From Candidatus Hermodarchaeota archaeon (GTDB lineage: Archaea > Asgardarchaeota > Lokiarchaeia > Sigyniarchaeales > SOKP01), in assembly GCA_048885925.1 (NCBI GenBank), contig JBHLLG010000008.1, positions 17,815-81,814 of the forward strand: a stretch of 64,000 nt of DNA, given 5' to 3'. Both the position numbers and the translations under genes were made by a program. Under the pieces are notes generated by a model, which was not told the DNA's origin, did not search any database, and saw nothing but the letters and a program-made list of their open reading frames with translations. The first letter of the stretch is position 1, and the number at the start of each line of letters is the position of its first letter. Positions 1-9,522 of this stretch are shown here, piece after piece.

Positions 1-633
1 TTCACTATAGGGATAATTTTTTTTAAAAATTTTTATAAATTTGGCAATAGAGCCTAAATTTCTAATAATTAGACCATAAATCGTGTATTCGTCAAAAAAA
101 ACATTTTTTATATAATATACTAATTTATCTCGATCGGGAAAAAAGGAAATTGGACTTTTAATAAAATAATTGTACAAATCTTTGGGCATTACATCATAAA
201 TATATAATATAAATGAATTCGATACTTTTCCAAATAAATCATTTAAATTTGCTAAAAATAAAGTGTCTTTCTTGAGATTTCTGATTTTTTTTTTTTCTAA
301 AATGCTTATATCTTTTTCTAATAAATTGTATTTCACACAAAATTTTAAAATTTTAATAATTTCTCCTAATGCTGAAATTTGATATCCATTAGCTACTCTA
401 TCTATACAGTTTAAAAACAATTTTGAAATGATATTAAAACGATTTGGTACTTTTTTAATATCGATAAAAATGTCGAAATCAACTGATGCATTAAATAACA
501 ATTCAAAAGTTTTGAATTGTCCCGCTTTAAGACATTTCCTAAGTTTTTCGTAATATGAATTCTCAAATACCTTTTTGTTTTTTATCTTTAATAATTCAGT
601 TTTAAACTCGATAAAAAGTTGATTTTTTTTCAT
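1..633 (-). CDS. hypothetical protein (partial, runs off the window start)
   Basis: Manual translation: ATG at 633-631 (MKKNQLFIEFKTELLK...), open to position 1 with no stop (211 codons); not in the ORF track. Confidence 0.7.
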   Translation of the reverse strand, partial: MKKNQLFIEFKTELLKIKNKKVFENSYYEKLRKCLKAGQFKTFELLFNASVDFDIFIDIKKVPNRFNIISKLFLNCIDRVANGYQISALGEIIKILKFCVKYNLLEKDISILEKKKIRNLKKDTLFLANLNDLFGKVSNSFILYIYDVMPKDLYNYFIKSPISFFPDRDKLVYYIKNVFFDEYTIYGLIIRNLGSIAKFIKIFKKNYPYSE

Positions 634-707
634 AACGTGGTTATCAATTCAAAGGAAATTTTAAAAATCAAAACGATGTACAAAAAAACCTATACAAGTA
701 AATTAAA

Positions 708-1079
708 TTAATCTAATAATTCCGCTATTCTATTCGATACACTTTGAATGTTTAAAAAAACCATACCAAGTGAAGCCTCAGATTTTGCTAAGGTACATAA
801 AATTGCATTGGAACCCGCTTTTGATAAAATTATTATTCCATCAACGCCCTCAATGAGAATCCGTTTCAGATCTCCACGAGCGAGTTCTTCCACAGCGCGT
901 TCAGATACACTAAGAATTGCTGCACTCATAGCACTTACTATTCCATCATTAACATCTCTCGATAGAACAGAACAAATAGGAAGACCTTGCACACTTACTA
1001 TTGCGGAGCCTTGAATATCAGAGTTAACGGCTTCCATTCGCCTTAAAAGGTCAATGAGTTCACTGATGTTTTCACTCAA
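708..1079 (-). CDS. roadblock/LC7 domain protein
   Basis: 123 aa; SAIVSVQGLPICS...VSAMSAAILSVSERAVEEL.RG.L..ILIEG.DG pattern typical of roadblock/MglB. Confidence 0.9.
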   Translation of the reverse strand: MSENISELIDLLRRMEAVNSDIQGSAIVSVQGLPICSVLSRDVNDGIVSAMSAAILSVSERAVEELARGDLKRILIEGVDGIIILSKAGSNAILCTLAKSEASLGMVFLNIQSVSNRIAELLD

Positions 1080-1244
1080 AGATTTATCAACTTGAATAAA
1101 TAGTAGGTTAATGATCTAATAAGATAATAATATTATAATGTTATTTTTATTTTTAATTTTAATCTAAATTTAATTTTAACTTTATTAATAAAGTTAATAC
1201 ATATTTAAAAAATATTTTTATCAAAAACCGTATTAGTAATTTTA

Positions 1245-2219
1245 ATGACTGAGAATCAAAATTTGGAAACTAACACTAAAAAAGAAAAAACTAAAGAAGA
1301 ATCTGAGGAAGAAGAAGAAGAACTAAAAAATGAATCGCTTAAAAAAGCGGGAAAAATTGCTCAAGATGTAAAAAATTATATAAGGCCTAAAATCAAAATA
1401 GGAGCGAATGTATTAGATTTAATAACCGAAGCTGAAGCAAAAATTGAAGATTTAGGTGGACTTTGTGCTTTTCCCGTCAATTTATGCATAAACAATATTG
1501 CAGCGCATTATACATCTCCTATAAAAGATGATGGGTTAGAAATTAATGAGGGAGATTTGGTTAAATTCGATTTAGGAGTTCACTTAAATGGATATATTGT
1601 TGATACCGCTTTTACTGTCAATTTTAATAATGATAAATCTCTTGAAAATATCATTCAAGCAACTGAAGTCGCTCTTGATGCCGCAATAATGATGGTTAAA
1701 CCAAAAATGAATACTAGAAATATTGGTAAAAAAATTGAAGAAATTGTCAAAGGTTTTAATTATAACCCAATTAGAGAACTTGGAGGCCATCAAATTGAAA
1801 GGTGGACTGTCCATGGAAAAAAGCAGATACCTGAATTAGGATCCCAAGGAGGAGATGATATCGAAATTGGTGATGTTTTTTCTATTGAGATATTTGCAAG
1901 TACTGGAGAAGGATCTGTTCATAATACTCAATATTCATACATTTATGAGGTTAATCCCTATGCAGGCAGAGTACCTTTACGTAGAAAGACTTCTAAACAA
2001 ATTCTTGGCTATATTAATAAAAAATATAAAACATTACCCTTTGCAGAGAGATGGTTAGCAAAAAAATTTAGATTAGGAATAGCCTTTGGACTTCAAGAGT
2101 TAGTACAACAAGGAAAATTGCATGCACATTATGTTTTAGCGGAAAAAAAAGGTATATATGTTGCCCAATCAGAAGACACCATTATAATAACTGAAGATGG
2201 ATATGAAAAATTAACTTAA
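1245..2219 (+). CDS. map: type II methionine aminopeptidase
   Basis: AFPVNL..N..AAHY, KFDLGVH..GYIVDTAFT, GGHQI....VH, IEIFASTG, VAQSEDT metal-ligand motifs. Confidence 0.95.
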   Translation: MTENQNLETNTKKEKTKEESEEEEEELKNESLKKAGKIAQDVKNYIRPKIKIGANVLDLITEAEAKIEDLGGLCAFPVNLCINNIAAHYTSPIKDDGLEINEGDLVKFDLGVHLNGYIVDTAFTVNFNNDKSLENIIQATEVALDAAIMMVKPKMNTRNIGKKIEEIVKGFNYNPIRELGGHQIERWTVHGKKQIPELGSQGGDDIEIGDVFSIEIFASTGEGSVHNTQYSYIYEVNPYAGRVPLRRKTSKQILGYINKKYKTLPFAERWLAKKFRLGIAFGLQELVQQGKLHAHYVLAEKKGIYVAQSEDTIIITEDGYEKLT

Positions 2220-2262
2220 AACAATTAGGGAATTAAATTCAAACGAAATAACTCGCTTAATC

Positions 2263-3375
2263 ATGGATAAACCAAAAATTTGCCTTGTTTCTCTTACAAT
2301 TGCCCCTGACACTCAGGATGGAGCAGCAAAATTTTTTAGTGGTATTTATAATTATTTAAAAACGAAAGGTTATGATGTAAGATTAATCACAGGTAAATGG
2401 AATATTGCTCTTTCAGATCCAGATATTTTTCAAGTAAAAATAATAAGAAGGCGTTTTTTTTGGTTCCCTCAATTTAATTTGCATGCAGTAAAGTATCTAA
2501 AACAGCATAATTTTGATATTTTACATGGGAATAGCCCTAAAGGAGTTTTGCCTATCATATTAGCAAATCATAAACGATTTATTTCTACCATTCATGATTT
2601 AGGCCCATTCGAGACACAATTTACTAGGATTCCTATCGAAAAATTTTTAATCAAATACGCGGTTCAGAAATCAACATACATTACAACCTGTTCTGACTCT
2701 ATTAAAAAGGAAATTAAATTTTTTATGCCCAAAGTAAATATTAATAAAATTTTCAATCTATATTCCGCAATTGAGGATAAATATCAACCATTTCCTAAAG
2801 AAGCGAAAGAGTTAAAAGAAAAACTTGGCATTAAAGGACCAGTTATTTTGTATATAGGCCGTATTGCGAAATATAAAGGCGTAAGTGATATTATAAAGGC
2901 TTATAAAATAGCAAGAAAAGAAATTCATGATCTAAATTTGGTCATGGGAGGCAAACCTGATTTTTTTATGGAACAAATTTACCAAGAATGGAAAAGAAAA
3001 TACAAGGATATCTATTTTGTAGGTTTTATTCCTGAAAAAGAAATTCCTACGTATTATTCAATGGGAGATATTTTTGTGACATATTCTTATGCTTCAGAAG
3101 GTTTTGGCTTAACTCCAATTGAAGCTATTGCTTGCGGAACTCCTGTTATTTGTTCATCATTAGGTGCTTATAAAGAAGTTTTAAACAATAATGCAATTTT
3201 TGTTCCCCCGAAGAATCCTCAACAATTAGCTAAAGAAATTGTAAATTTATTAAAAGATGATAATAAAAGGAAAACTCTAATAGGGAAAGCTCAAGATTTT
3301 ATAAAGATGTATACTTGGGATTCAGTTGGAAAGAAACTTGAAGTTGTATATCAGAAAATGCTTGAAAATCTTTAA
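2263..3375 (+). CDS. GT4 family glycosyltransferase
   Basis: ILYIGRIAKYKG and SEGFGLTPIEAIACGTPVI motifs. Confidence 0.9.
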   Translation: MDKPKICLVSLTIAPDTQDGAAKFFSGIYNYLKTKGYDVRLITGKWNIALSDPDIFQVKIIRRRFFWFPQFNLHAVKYLKQHNFDILHGNSPKGVLPIILANHKRFISTIHDLGPFETQFTRIPIEKFLIKYAVQKSTYITTCSDSIKKEIKFFMPKVNINKIFNLYSAIEDKYQPFPKEAKELKEKLGIKGPVILYIGRIAKYKGVSDIIKAYKIARKEIHDLNLVMGGKPDFFMEQIYQEWKRKYKDIYFVGFIPEKEIPTYYSMGDIFVTYSYASEGFGLTPIEAIACGTPVICSSLGAYKEVLNNNAIFVPPKNPQQLAKEIVNLLKDDNKRKTLIGKAQDFIKMYTWDSVGKKLEVVYQKMLENL

Positions 3376-4481
3376 ACATTTTTAAGATTTGCTTTTACAA
3401 AGTTAAAACAAATATCAATTGGATTCTCAAATTGGCTGATTTTTTCTTTAAATGAACTTATTTTGAATCGATCTGGAGAGGGACCTTGATTAAGGAGATT
3501 TATAGCTCTTTCAATTAAATATTTTGAATTTTTTATATGCTCGAGAGGAAATCCATTTTCTTTTAAAAATTTCTCTTGAGGTGCTGACTCTCCTGGAAAG
3601 AATTCTATACTTGGAACATTCAATAAACTTGATTCCCGGACTATGGTTCCACCTCCGCTAATTATTAATGCTCCATAAAAGCATAGATCAACTATATTTG
3701 GCAAATATTGAACAACTTTAATATTTTTTTCTTTCTTATAATCTTTGAGTTTATGTAACAGAAATTCTTCTTGTTTTTGGGATCGAACAAGAAGGAAATA
3801 TTTATAGTTTGGAAATTCTTTAAAGATCGAAGGAAAAAACTCAATTATTTTAGTCTCTTCTGGCTTGATTTTATCAATTAAATAAGAAGCATGAGTTGGT
3901 TCAGATCTTATTATCAAGAATTCTCCTCTCTCTAAACCAAATTTATCCAAGATTTTAGGATTAGGAATGTATTCTGAAAGCCAAGCAATCTCATCAAGAC
4001 CATTGTAACTAACAATTTTTTCTGGATCAGCATAAAGTTGTATGTACCATTCTTTAGGAATACATTCGGGGGTAATAATATTATTTATAAATGGATGTAT
4101 TAATTTACATACTGGGATATTGCGAGGTTCATCATTAAATCCTATTGAAGGAATTTGTAATCCATAAGCGATTCTTGTCCCTTCTATTGATAAAAATGTA
4201 ACAAAATAATCTGGTGAAAACCTAACAACTAGAGGAAATAAATGTTTTAAACGATTTATATACGTTTTCAATTTATTTTCTAATCTTCCGCCACCATGTG
4301 TTCCAATTTGTTTATAATTTACTTGAAAATCGTCTAAAATTTTATAAGTTGAATCATAATCTCTAGCAGTTATTAAAAGTTCAGTCTGTTCATTTTCAAA
4401 CCTTTTTATTAAAGAATTAAACATTATGGCAGTTTTAGGCTGTTCAATGTCAATCCAAATCCTTTTACCAGATAAACTCAT
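3372..4481 (-). CDS. DUF354 family (GT-B-like) protein
   Basis: RIWIDI..P, ITARDY, IG.HGG, ISGGGTIVRESSLL.VPSI motifs. Confidence 0.8.
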   Translation of the reverse strand: MSLSGKRIWIDIEQPKTAIMFNSLIKRFENEQTELLITARDYDSTYKILDDFQVNYKQIGTHGGGRLENKLKTYINRLKHLFPLVVRFSPDYFVTFLSIEGTRIAYGLQIPSIGFNDEPRNIPVCKLIHPFINNIITPECIPKEWYIQLYADPEKIVSYNGLDEIAWLSEYIPNPKILDKFGLERGEFLIIRSEPTHASYLIDKIKPEETKIIEFFPSIFKEFPNYKYFLLVRSQKQEEFLLHKLKDYKKEKNIKVVQYLPNIVDLCFYGALIISGGGTIVRESSLLNVPSIEFFPGESAPQEKFLKENGFPLEHIKNSKYLIERAINLLNQGPSPDRFKISSFKEKISQFENPIDICFNFVKANLKNV

Positions 4482-4586
4482 ATTAAATAGTGAAAAGAGA
4501 TTATAATTAAATTCTTTATTATGAATTAAAATATAGTTTCTAGAAATATTGAAAGTTTATAGTATTTTCTTAAAATTATAAATTAT

Positions 4587-4880
4587 TTACTCCTTACAAA
4601 TACATGGATTTGATTCACATTTAATACAAATGTTTGGATACTTACTTGATAAAGCATATTCAAGATTAATGTCTAATAAATTAGCTAATGAACTTGTCCA
4701 GGCGATTACATCAGCCAATTCCTCCGAAACATGTTTTTTATCAATTTTTTCGCATCTTAAAACCTGTGCTAATTCTCCAATTTCTTCTATTAACCATAGG
4801 AAGGTACCCCTTATACCTCTATTTTTATCTCGAAGCAAATAAAGATCTTTAATTAAATCTTGAAATTCAGAGATTTTCAT
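4587..4880 (-). CDS. MazG-like nucleotide pyrophosphohydrolase
   Basis: WLIEEIGELA...EELADVIAW..SLANLL; C-terminal CxxC..xPCxC. Confidence 0.9.
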   Translation of the reverse strand: MKISEFQDLIKDLYLLRDKNRGIRGTFLWLIEEIGELAQVLRCEKIDKKHVSEELADVIAWTSSLANLLDINLEYALSSKYPNICIKCESNPCICKE

Positions 4881-4925
4881 GGAGATTAACCTATTAAAAT
4901 ATAATTAAGATTAATAATATTATGC

Positions 4926-5153
4926 TCAACCGGGAGCAAAAAGCCATTCAAAAACACCAACGTGAGCTAATACTACTATTAGGATTAAGGCAACGGACAA
5001 AAGAATAGTGCTTATAGGTCCTATTTTCATTCCAATTGAACTATCTTGGAAGAATCTCATTAATCCTGCTCCAGCTAATGGCATAGGTGCACTTCCACTT
5101 CTTCTTTTTTTTCGTCTTGATTGAGCTCGAGAACTTGACATACCTAAGAGCAA
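4926..5153 (-). CDS. secG: preprotein translocase subunit Sec61beta (true start possibly the ATG near 5141)
   Basis: Basic N-terminus, AGLMRFF....GMKIGP motif, single C-terminal TM helix. Confidence 0.9.
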   Translation of the reverse strand: MLLGMSSSRAQSRRKKRRSGSAPMPLAGAGLMRFFQDSSIGMKIGPISTILLSVALILIVVLAHVGVFEWLFAPG

Positions 5154-5296
5154 CTTAAAATTATGTAAAAATTATTTATTAAATTAATTACTAAAAACAT
5201 ATAAAACTTTATCTTGAATTATAAAAAAAAATATCATAAATCTTTATATTCTTTATTAATTATTCTTAGATAATTTAAGGAATTAATTATGGTAGC

Positions 5297-7144
5297 ATGA
5301 TAAAAAGAGAAAAATTATTGCGGGTATTCATCGGACTTCTATTAATTATATTAGTATTATCATTCATAGGGGATAATTTAACACTAAAAAATACAAGCTA
5401 TAACAAAAATAATGATTTAAATTTATCTTCTAGCTTAGAAGGAATTGAAAATGTAGTAATTACAAGAGTTGTAAGACAAGTTAATATAAGTGGTTATGGT
5501 ACTTTAATATTTGAAGATACATTAGATGTTAAAAATTTAAACAACAATCCAATTTCTTCAATTTTTATTTGTCTGCCGTCATATGATTATGAAGATCTTA
5601 CTTTTTTTCAAGCAAAAGGAATAAACCAAAATACGTTATTAGCAGAACGTACCAATATGAAAATGAATGATTTTGAAATGATAATTGTTTATTTTGATTC
5701 CCCATTATTGCCGCATCAAACAAAAACTATTTTATTTAAGTACATATACAAGGACGTTTTAAGTTATTATACAATAGATAAACAATACGTAGGGTTTTTA
5801 ATGAATGTTTTTCCACTTTTACCCTATAAATTAGACGGAGAAATTACAACAAACATTAAAATCCCTGAAGGAGCTGAGGATGTAATTAATGATTGGGGCC
5901 AATATCTTCCCGAAGCTTACAGGATAGTCTTTAGATTTGATTATATTAAATTTGAAATTGGAGCTTTTTATGTAAGTCCTTTCTTGGAGAATTTAGGTGA
6001 CAGAAAAATAGTTCAAATATCTTTTTCTGACAATATACGAACGAATATAGAAATGAATGAAATAAATCGTGAAATATTCATCTCTCCTTGGGGAATATTA
6101 AGGATTAGAGAAGAATTTTCTGTACATAATTTAGGAGAAATAGATGCCTATACTCTCTCATTACGAGTACCCAAAGATGCAAGGAATATCTACATATCTG
6201 ATTTTTTAGGAGAAATCCAAGGAATTTCATTTTTAGATATCGAAATATTCAACTATAAAAGAGCGGATATTGAATTAATGGAAAATCGTGTAAGGTTAAC
6301 ACCTAATTCAACTTATAGTTTTAATGTGGAATATTATTTACCATTTGAAAAATATATTTCCATGAATTGGTTCCAACAATCAATTCAAATTGATTTATTA
6401 ACAACTACCTTTGAGTATTTAGGAAGAGATCAAACGACTAAAATAATAATTGAAGGGTGTTATACCATTAGTTCAATTACTGATCCTCCAGATGCAATTC
6501 AAAAGTCTAAAGGGACTACAATAATCATATATAGAGCAGACATTGTTAATCCAACCGAGACTAAAGTAATACAATTAACGTTTACTCTTGATATTTTTGA
6601 ATTAATTCTGAGGCCTATTACCTTTATTTTAATTATATCTGTAATCGCCTCTATCTTTGTATTACTTATTAAAACGAGAAAAAAGGAGCGTGATATCACT
6701 ATTTTAGAAACAAAATTTATACCTGTTAATGAAATCAGAGAATTTTGCTCACTGACAGAAGAAAAAAATGCTTTAATCTTGGAAATTAGACAAGCGGAAG
6801 AAGATTCAAAACGTAAAAAAATGGCAAAAAAGAAATATAAAAATATCCTTGACAAAAATACTGCCAAAATCGAAGAGATACAAAAGGAAGTGATGTCATT
6901 CAAAAAAGCTTTGATAGAAGCCGGTGAAACGTTTGAAAGTGTCATAAAAAGGTTAGATGTTCTAGATGCAGAAAGGTTAAGTATTCAAGATAGTTTATCA
7001 CTCTTAGAATCTAGATATAAAAGAGGTAGATTACCCTCAAGAGCGGCTTACATTAAATTATCAAATGATTTCAAAAAAAGAAGGAAAAAAATAGATAGAA
7101 CTATTGATAGATACATTCAGCAATTAAGGAGTTATCTATTGTAA
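5297..7144 (+). CDS. ribophorin I (OST1/RPN1)-like oligosaccharyltransferase accessory subunit
   Basis: N-terminal signal/TM; two luminal R.(V/I).IS.(Y/W)G repeats (RQVNISGYG, REIFISPWG), A.NIYISD.LGEI; TM near aa 440-460; C-terminal coiled-coil. Confidence 0.75.
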   Translation: MIKREKLLRVFIGLLLIILVLSFIGDNLTLKNTSYNKNNDLNLSSSLEGIENVVITRVVRQVNISGYGTLIFEDTLDVKNLNNNPISSIFICLPSYDYEDLTFFQAKGINQNTLLAERTNMKMNDFEMIIVYFDSPLLPHQTKTILFKYIYKDVLSYYTIDKQYVGFLMNVFPLLPYKLDGEITTNIKIPEGAEDVINDWGQYLPEAYRIVFRFDYIKFEIGAFYVSPFLENLGDRKIVQISFSDNIRTNIEMNEINREIFISPWGILRIREEFSVHNLGEIDAYTLSLRVPKDARNIYISDFLGEIQGISFLDIEIFNYKRADIELMENRVRLTPNSTYSFNVEYYLPFEKYISMNWFQQSIQIDLLTTTFEYLGRDQTTKIIIEGCYTISSITDPPDAIQKSKGTTIIIYRADIVNPTETKVIQLTFTLDIFELILRPITFILIISVIASIFVLLIKTRKKERDITILETKFIPVNEIREFCSLTEEKNALILEIRQAEEDSKRKKMAKKKYKNILDKNTAKIEEIQKEVMSFKKALIEAGETFESVIKRLDVLDAERLSIQDSLSLLESRYKRGRLPSRAAYIKLSNDFKKRRKKIDRTIDRYIQQLRSYLL

Positions 7145-7167
7145 AATCTATTTGTGTGTATAATTTT

Positions 7168-7791
7168 ATGAAACCATGGCTTTTTGATTTATTGGCTTGC
7201 CCTATAGATAAATATTTTCCTCTAAAATTATACATTTTTTCTTTTGAGAATAAACCAGAAGAAATTCAATCTATTATTAATATTTATAAAAACAGAGATA
7301 TCAATTATATTAAAAGTGAAGAAATGGTTAATATTTCTCAAGAAAATAACGAATTTTTCATAAAAGATAACATAATTATCGAAAAAACTAATCTTAACTC
7401 CTATCTTGAGCTAGTAATTTCGAGCATAGATGAATTTGAAAATATTTTTGATAAATCTAATAATCCCATTAGTGAAAAATGTATTAAAATTATGAAATCT
7501 GATATTAAATCAAAAATTAAAGGTTTTTCTCCAATATCTGATTTAAATAATTTTGAAAAGATCTTACCTGAATTATTTTTTATAAATAAAATCAAATTAG
7601 AAATTGAAATCGAAGCTGGAATACTGGTTTGTCCTAAATGTAAACGCTGGTATCCTATTATTGAAACCATCCCACAAATGTTACCTGATAAATATCGTGA
7701 TGAAAAAAATGAAATTGAATTTCTAAAAAAGCATAAAAATTTATTAGATGAAAAATTCTTTAATCAAGATCTTAAACCATTTAGGATTTAA
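7168..7791 (+). CDS. trm112: Trm112 family methyltransferase activator with a long internal insertion
   Basis: MKPWLFDLLACPIDK at the N-terminus and EIEAGILVCPKCKRWYPIIETIPQMLP at the C-terminus; ATG 7168 preferred over GTG 7156. Confidence 0.85.
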   Translation: MKPWLFDLLACPIDKYFPLKLYIFSFENKPEEIQSIINIYKNRDINYIKSEEMVNISQENNEFFIKDNIIIEKTNLNSYLELVISSIDEFENIFDKSNNPISEKCIKIMKSDIKSKIKGFSPISDLNNFEKILPELFFINKIKLEIEIEAGILVCPKCKRWYPIIETIPQMLPDKYRDEKNEIEFLKKHKNLLDEKFFNQDLKPFRI

Positions 7792-7839
7792 AAATAACTC
7801 TATAAAGATCTCATAGATTCATCCTAAATTTAACCTATA

Positions 7840-7973
7840 AGCCCGGTGGTGTAGATTAATACATTTTTTTTTGTATTAAGCAAAATGGCCAAGCATTTGG
7901 GGCTTTGAACCCCGCGACTATACTCCTCCCTGTAAGGTGTATAGCGAACACGGTTCGAATCCGTGCCGGGCTA
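7840..7973 (+). tRNA. tRNA-Gln(UUG) with two non-canonical introns (~7855-7885 in the D-loop, ~7919-7948 in the variable region)
   Basis: Acceptor AGCCCGG/CCGGGCT, D-stem GTGT/GCAT, anticodon arm TGGGG-CTTTGAA-CCCCG (TTG at 7905-7907), T-arm CACGG-TTCGAAT-CCGTG; the cloverleaf closes only after removing two ~30-nt hairpins; CCA not encoded. Confidence 0.9.
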
Positions 7974-8089
7974 TTCAATTAATAAATTAAATTTAAAAAA
8001 TAAAAGCTTTAATAAATCACATATTTTAGTTTTTATCTTTAAATTAGTTAATTGAATTAGATTTCTTAAAAAAAAATTAAAAAATTTCA

Positions 8090-9472
8090 ATGAAATATCT
8101 CTCAGACCTAAATTGGAGTATTTTGGAAATTTTCTTTTTAATCATCATATTCATTATTGGATTTTTGGTCACCTACATTATTCTCCCTTACATAATAAAA
8201 TTCATGAAAAGAAAAGGATACGTAGGTATTGATATACATAAAAATTCTAAACCTGAAATTTCTGAATCTGGTGGACTTGCAATAGTAATAGGTTTTACAT
8301 TTTGTTCTTTTTTTTTAATTTTATTTTTTCCCGCTTTTTTTAACGAAATAATAGTTTTTCTTTTAACAGTTTTGCTAACTGGGCTTATAGGATTTATTGA
8401 TGACCGTAAAAAATTACGTTCACGATATAAAATAGCTTTATCAATATTTTCTGGTGGAATTATATTTTTAGCAAATATATATGGAATTATAAACATATCA
8501 TCTCCAACAATTCCTTTTCTGTATCAGACTAGATTGACAATTATATATCCATTTTTAATTCCAATAATAGTAGCAGTCTTTGCTAATACAGTGAATATGT
8601 TAGAAGGATATAATGGTGAAGGATCAGGAACTTGTTTGATTGCAGTTTGTTTTTTATTTGTTTGTGGCATATTGTGGAATTCTGCTGAAGCAATAATTTT
8701 TACAGTTCCAGTAATAGCTGTTTTAATTCCTTTTTACTTATTTAATAAGTATCCTGCAAAAACTTTTCCAGGTGATATTGGAACTTTAAGTATGGGAGTA
8801 ATGATTGCATGTATTATGCTATTTGGATCATTAGAAGTAGCTACATTTTGTGCATTTTTAATCCATATTTTAAATAGTTTTTATTATATATATTCTGTGA
8901 AAGGATTTTTTGAAAGTAGTGATATTAGAGAAACTAAAGAGGACATCATTTTATTAGAAGATGATCAGATAAAAGCATCAGATCAGAAAGATGCTGTATT
9001 AACCTTACCTAGATTAATACTAGCTAAAGGACCCTTAAAAGAATCAAAATTGGTGAAAAATTTTTATGCTATCTCCTTAATATGTGGCTTTTTTTCGATA
9101 CTCTCTATCTTATTAATACAATTCACATTGGGAATTTTTAATATTTACATCTTAATAATACCTTTCATTATTTTTTTAGCCCCTACAATTTTAATTTTAT
9201 ATAAATTCCCCAGAATCAGAGGTATAATTCTTTTAATGATAATATTACTAATTTCTCTTTTATTATTCTTATTATTTATTAAATCTGTAATAATGCCTAT
9301 TCCATTTCCTGATATTGACCTTAAAGTAATTCAAATCCCCGTTAATCTATTAATTTCATTAATTTTAGTAATCCCTATCTTATTACTTTGGTATCTAATT
9401 ACTATAAAATATTTCTGGACAGAAATAAATAAAATGAAAAAATTTGAAGCTAGACATAAAACTTTAACTTAA
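8090..9472 (+). CDS. aglH: UDP-GlcNAc:dolichyl-phosphate GlcNAc-1-phosphotransferase (AglH/ALG7, MraY-like)
   Basis: G.DIHK..KP.I.ESGG, IGFIDD, ANTVNMLEGYNG, FNKYPAKTFPGDIGT motifs; extra C-terminal TM helices. Confidence 0.85.
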   Translation: MKYLSDLNWSILEIFFLIIIFIIGFLVTYIILPYIIKFMKRKGYVGIDIHKNSKPEISESGGLAIVIGFTFCSFFLILFFPAFFNEIIVFLLTVLLTGLIGFIDDRKKLRSRYKIALSIFSGGIIFLANIYGIINISSPTIPFLYQTRLTIIYPFLIPIIVAVFANTVNMLEGYNGEGSGTCLIAVCFLFVCGILWNSAEAIIFTVPVIAVLIPFYLFNKYPAKTFPGDIGTLSMGVMIACIMLFGSLEVATFCAFLIHILNSFYYIYSVKGFFESSDIRETKEDIILLEDDQIKASDQKDAVLTLPRLILAKGPLKESKLVKNFYAISLICGFFSILSILLIQFTLGIFNIYILIIPFIIFLAPTILILYKFPRIRGIILLMIILLISLLLFLLFIKSVIMPIPFPDIDLKVIQIPVNLLISLILVIPILLLWYLITIKYFWTEINKMKKFEARHKTLT

Positions 9473-9522
9473 CAACTAATAATCTATATTAAAAAAATGT
9501 AGGATAATAAAAGGTATTCTCT

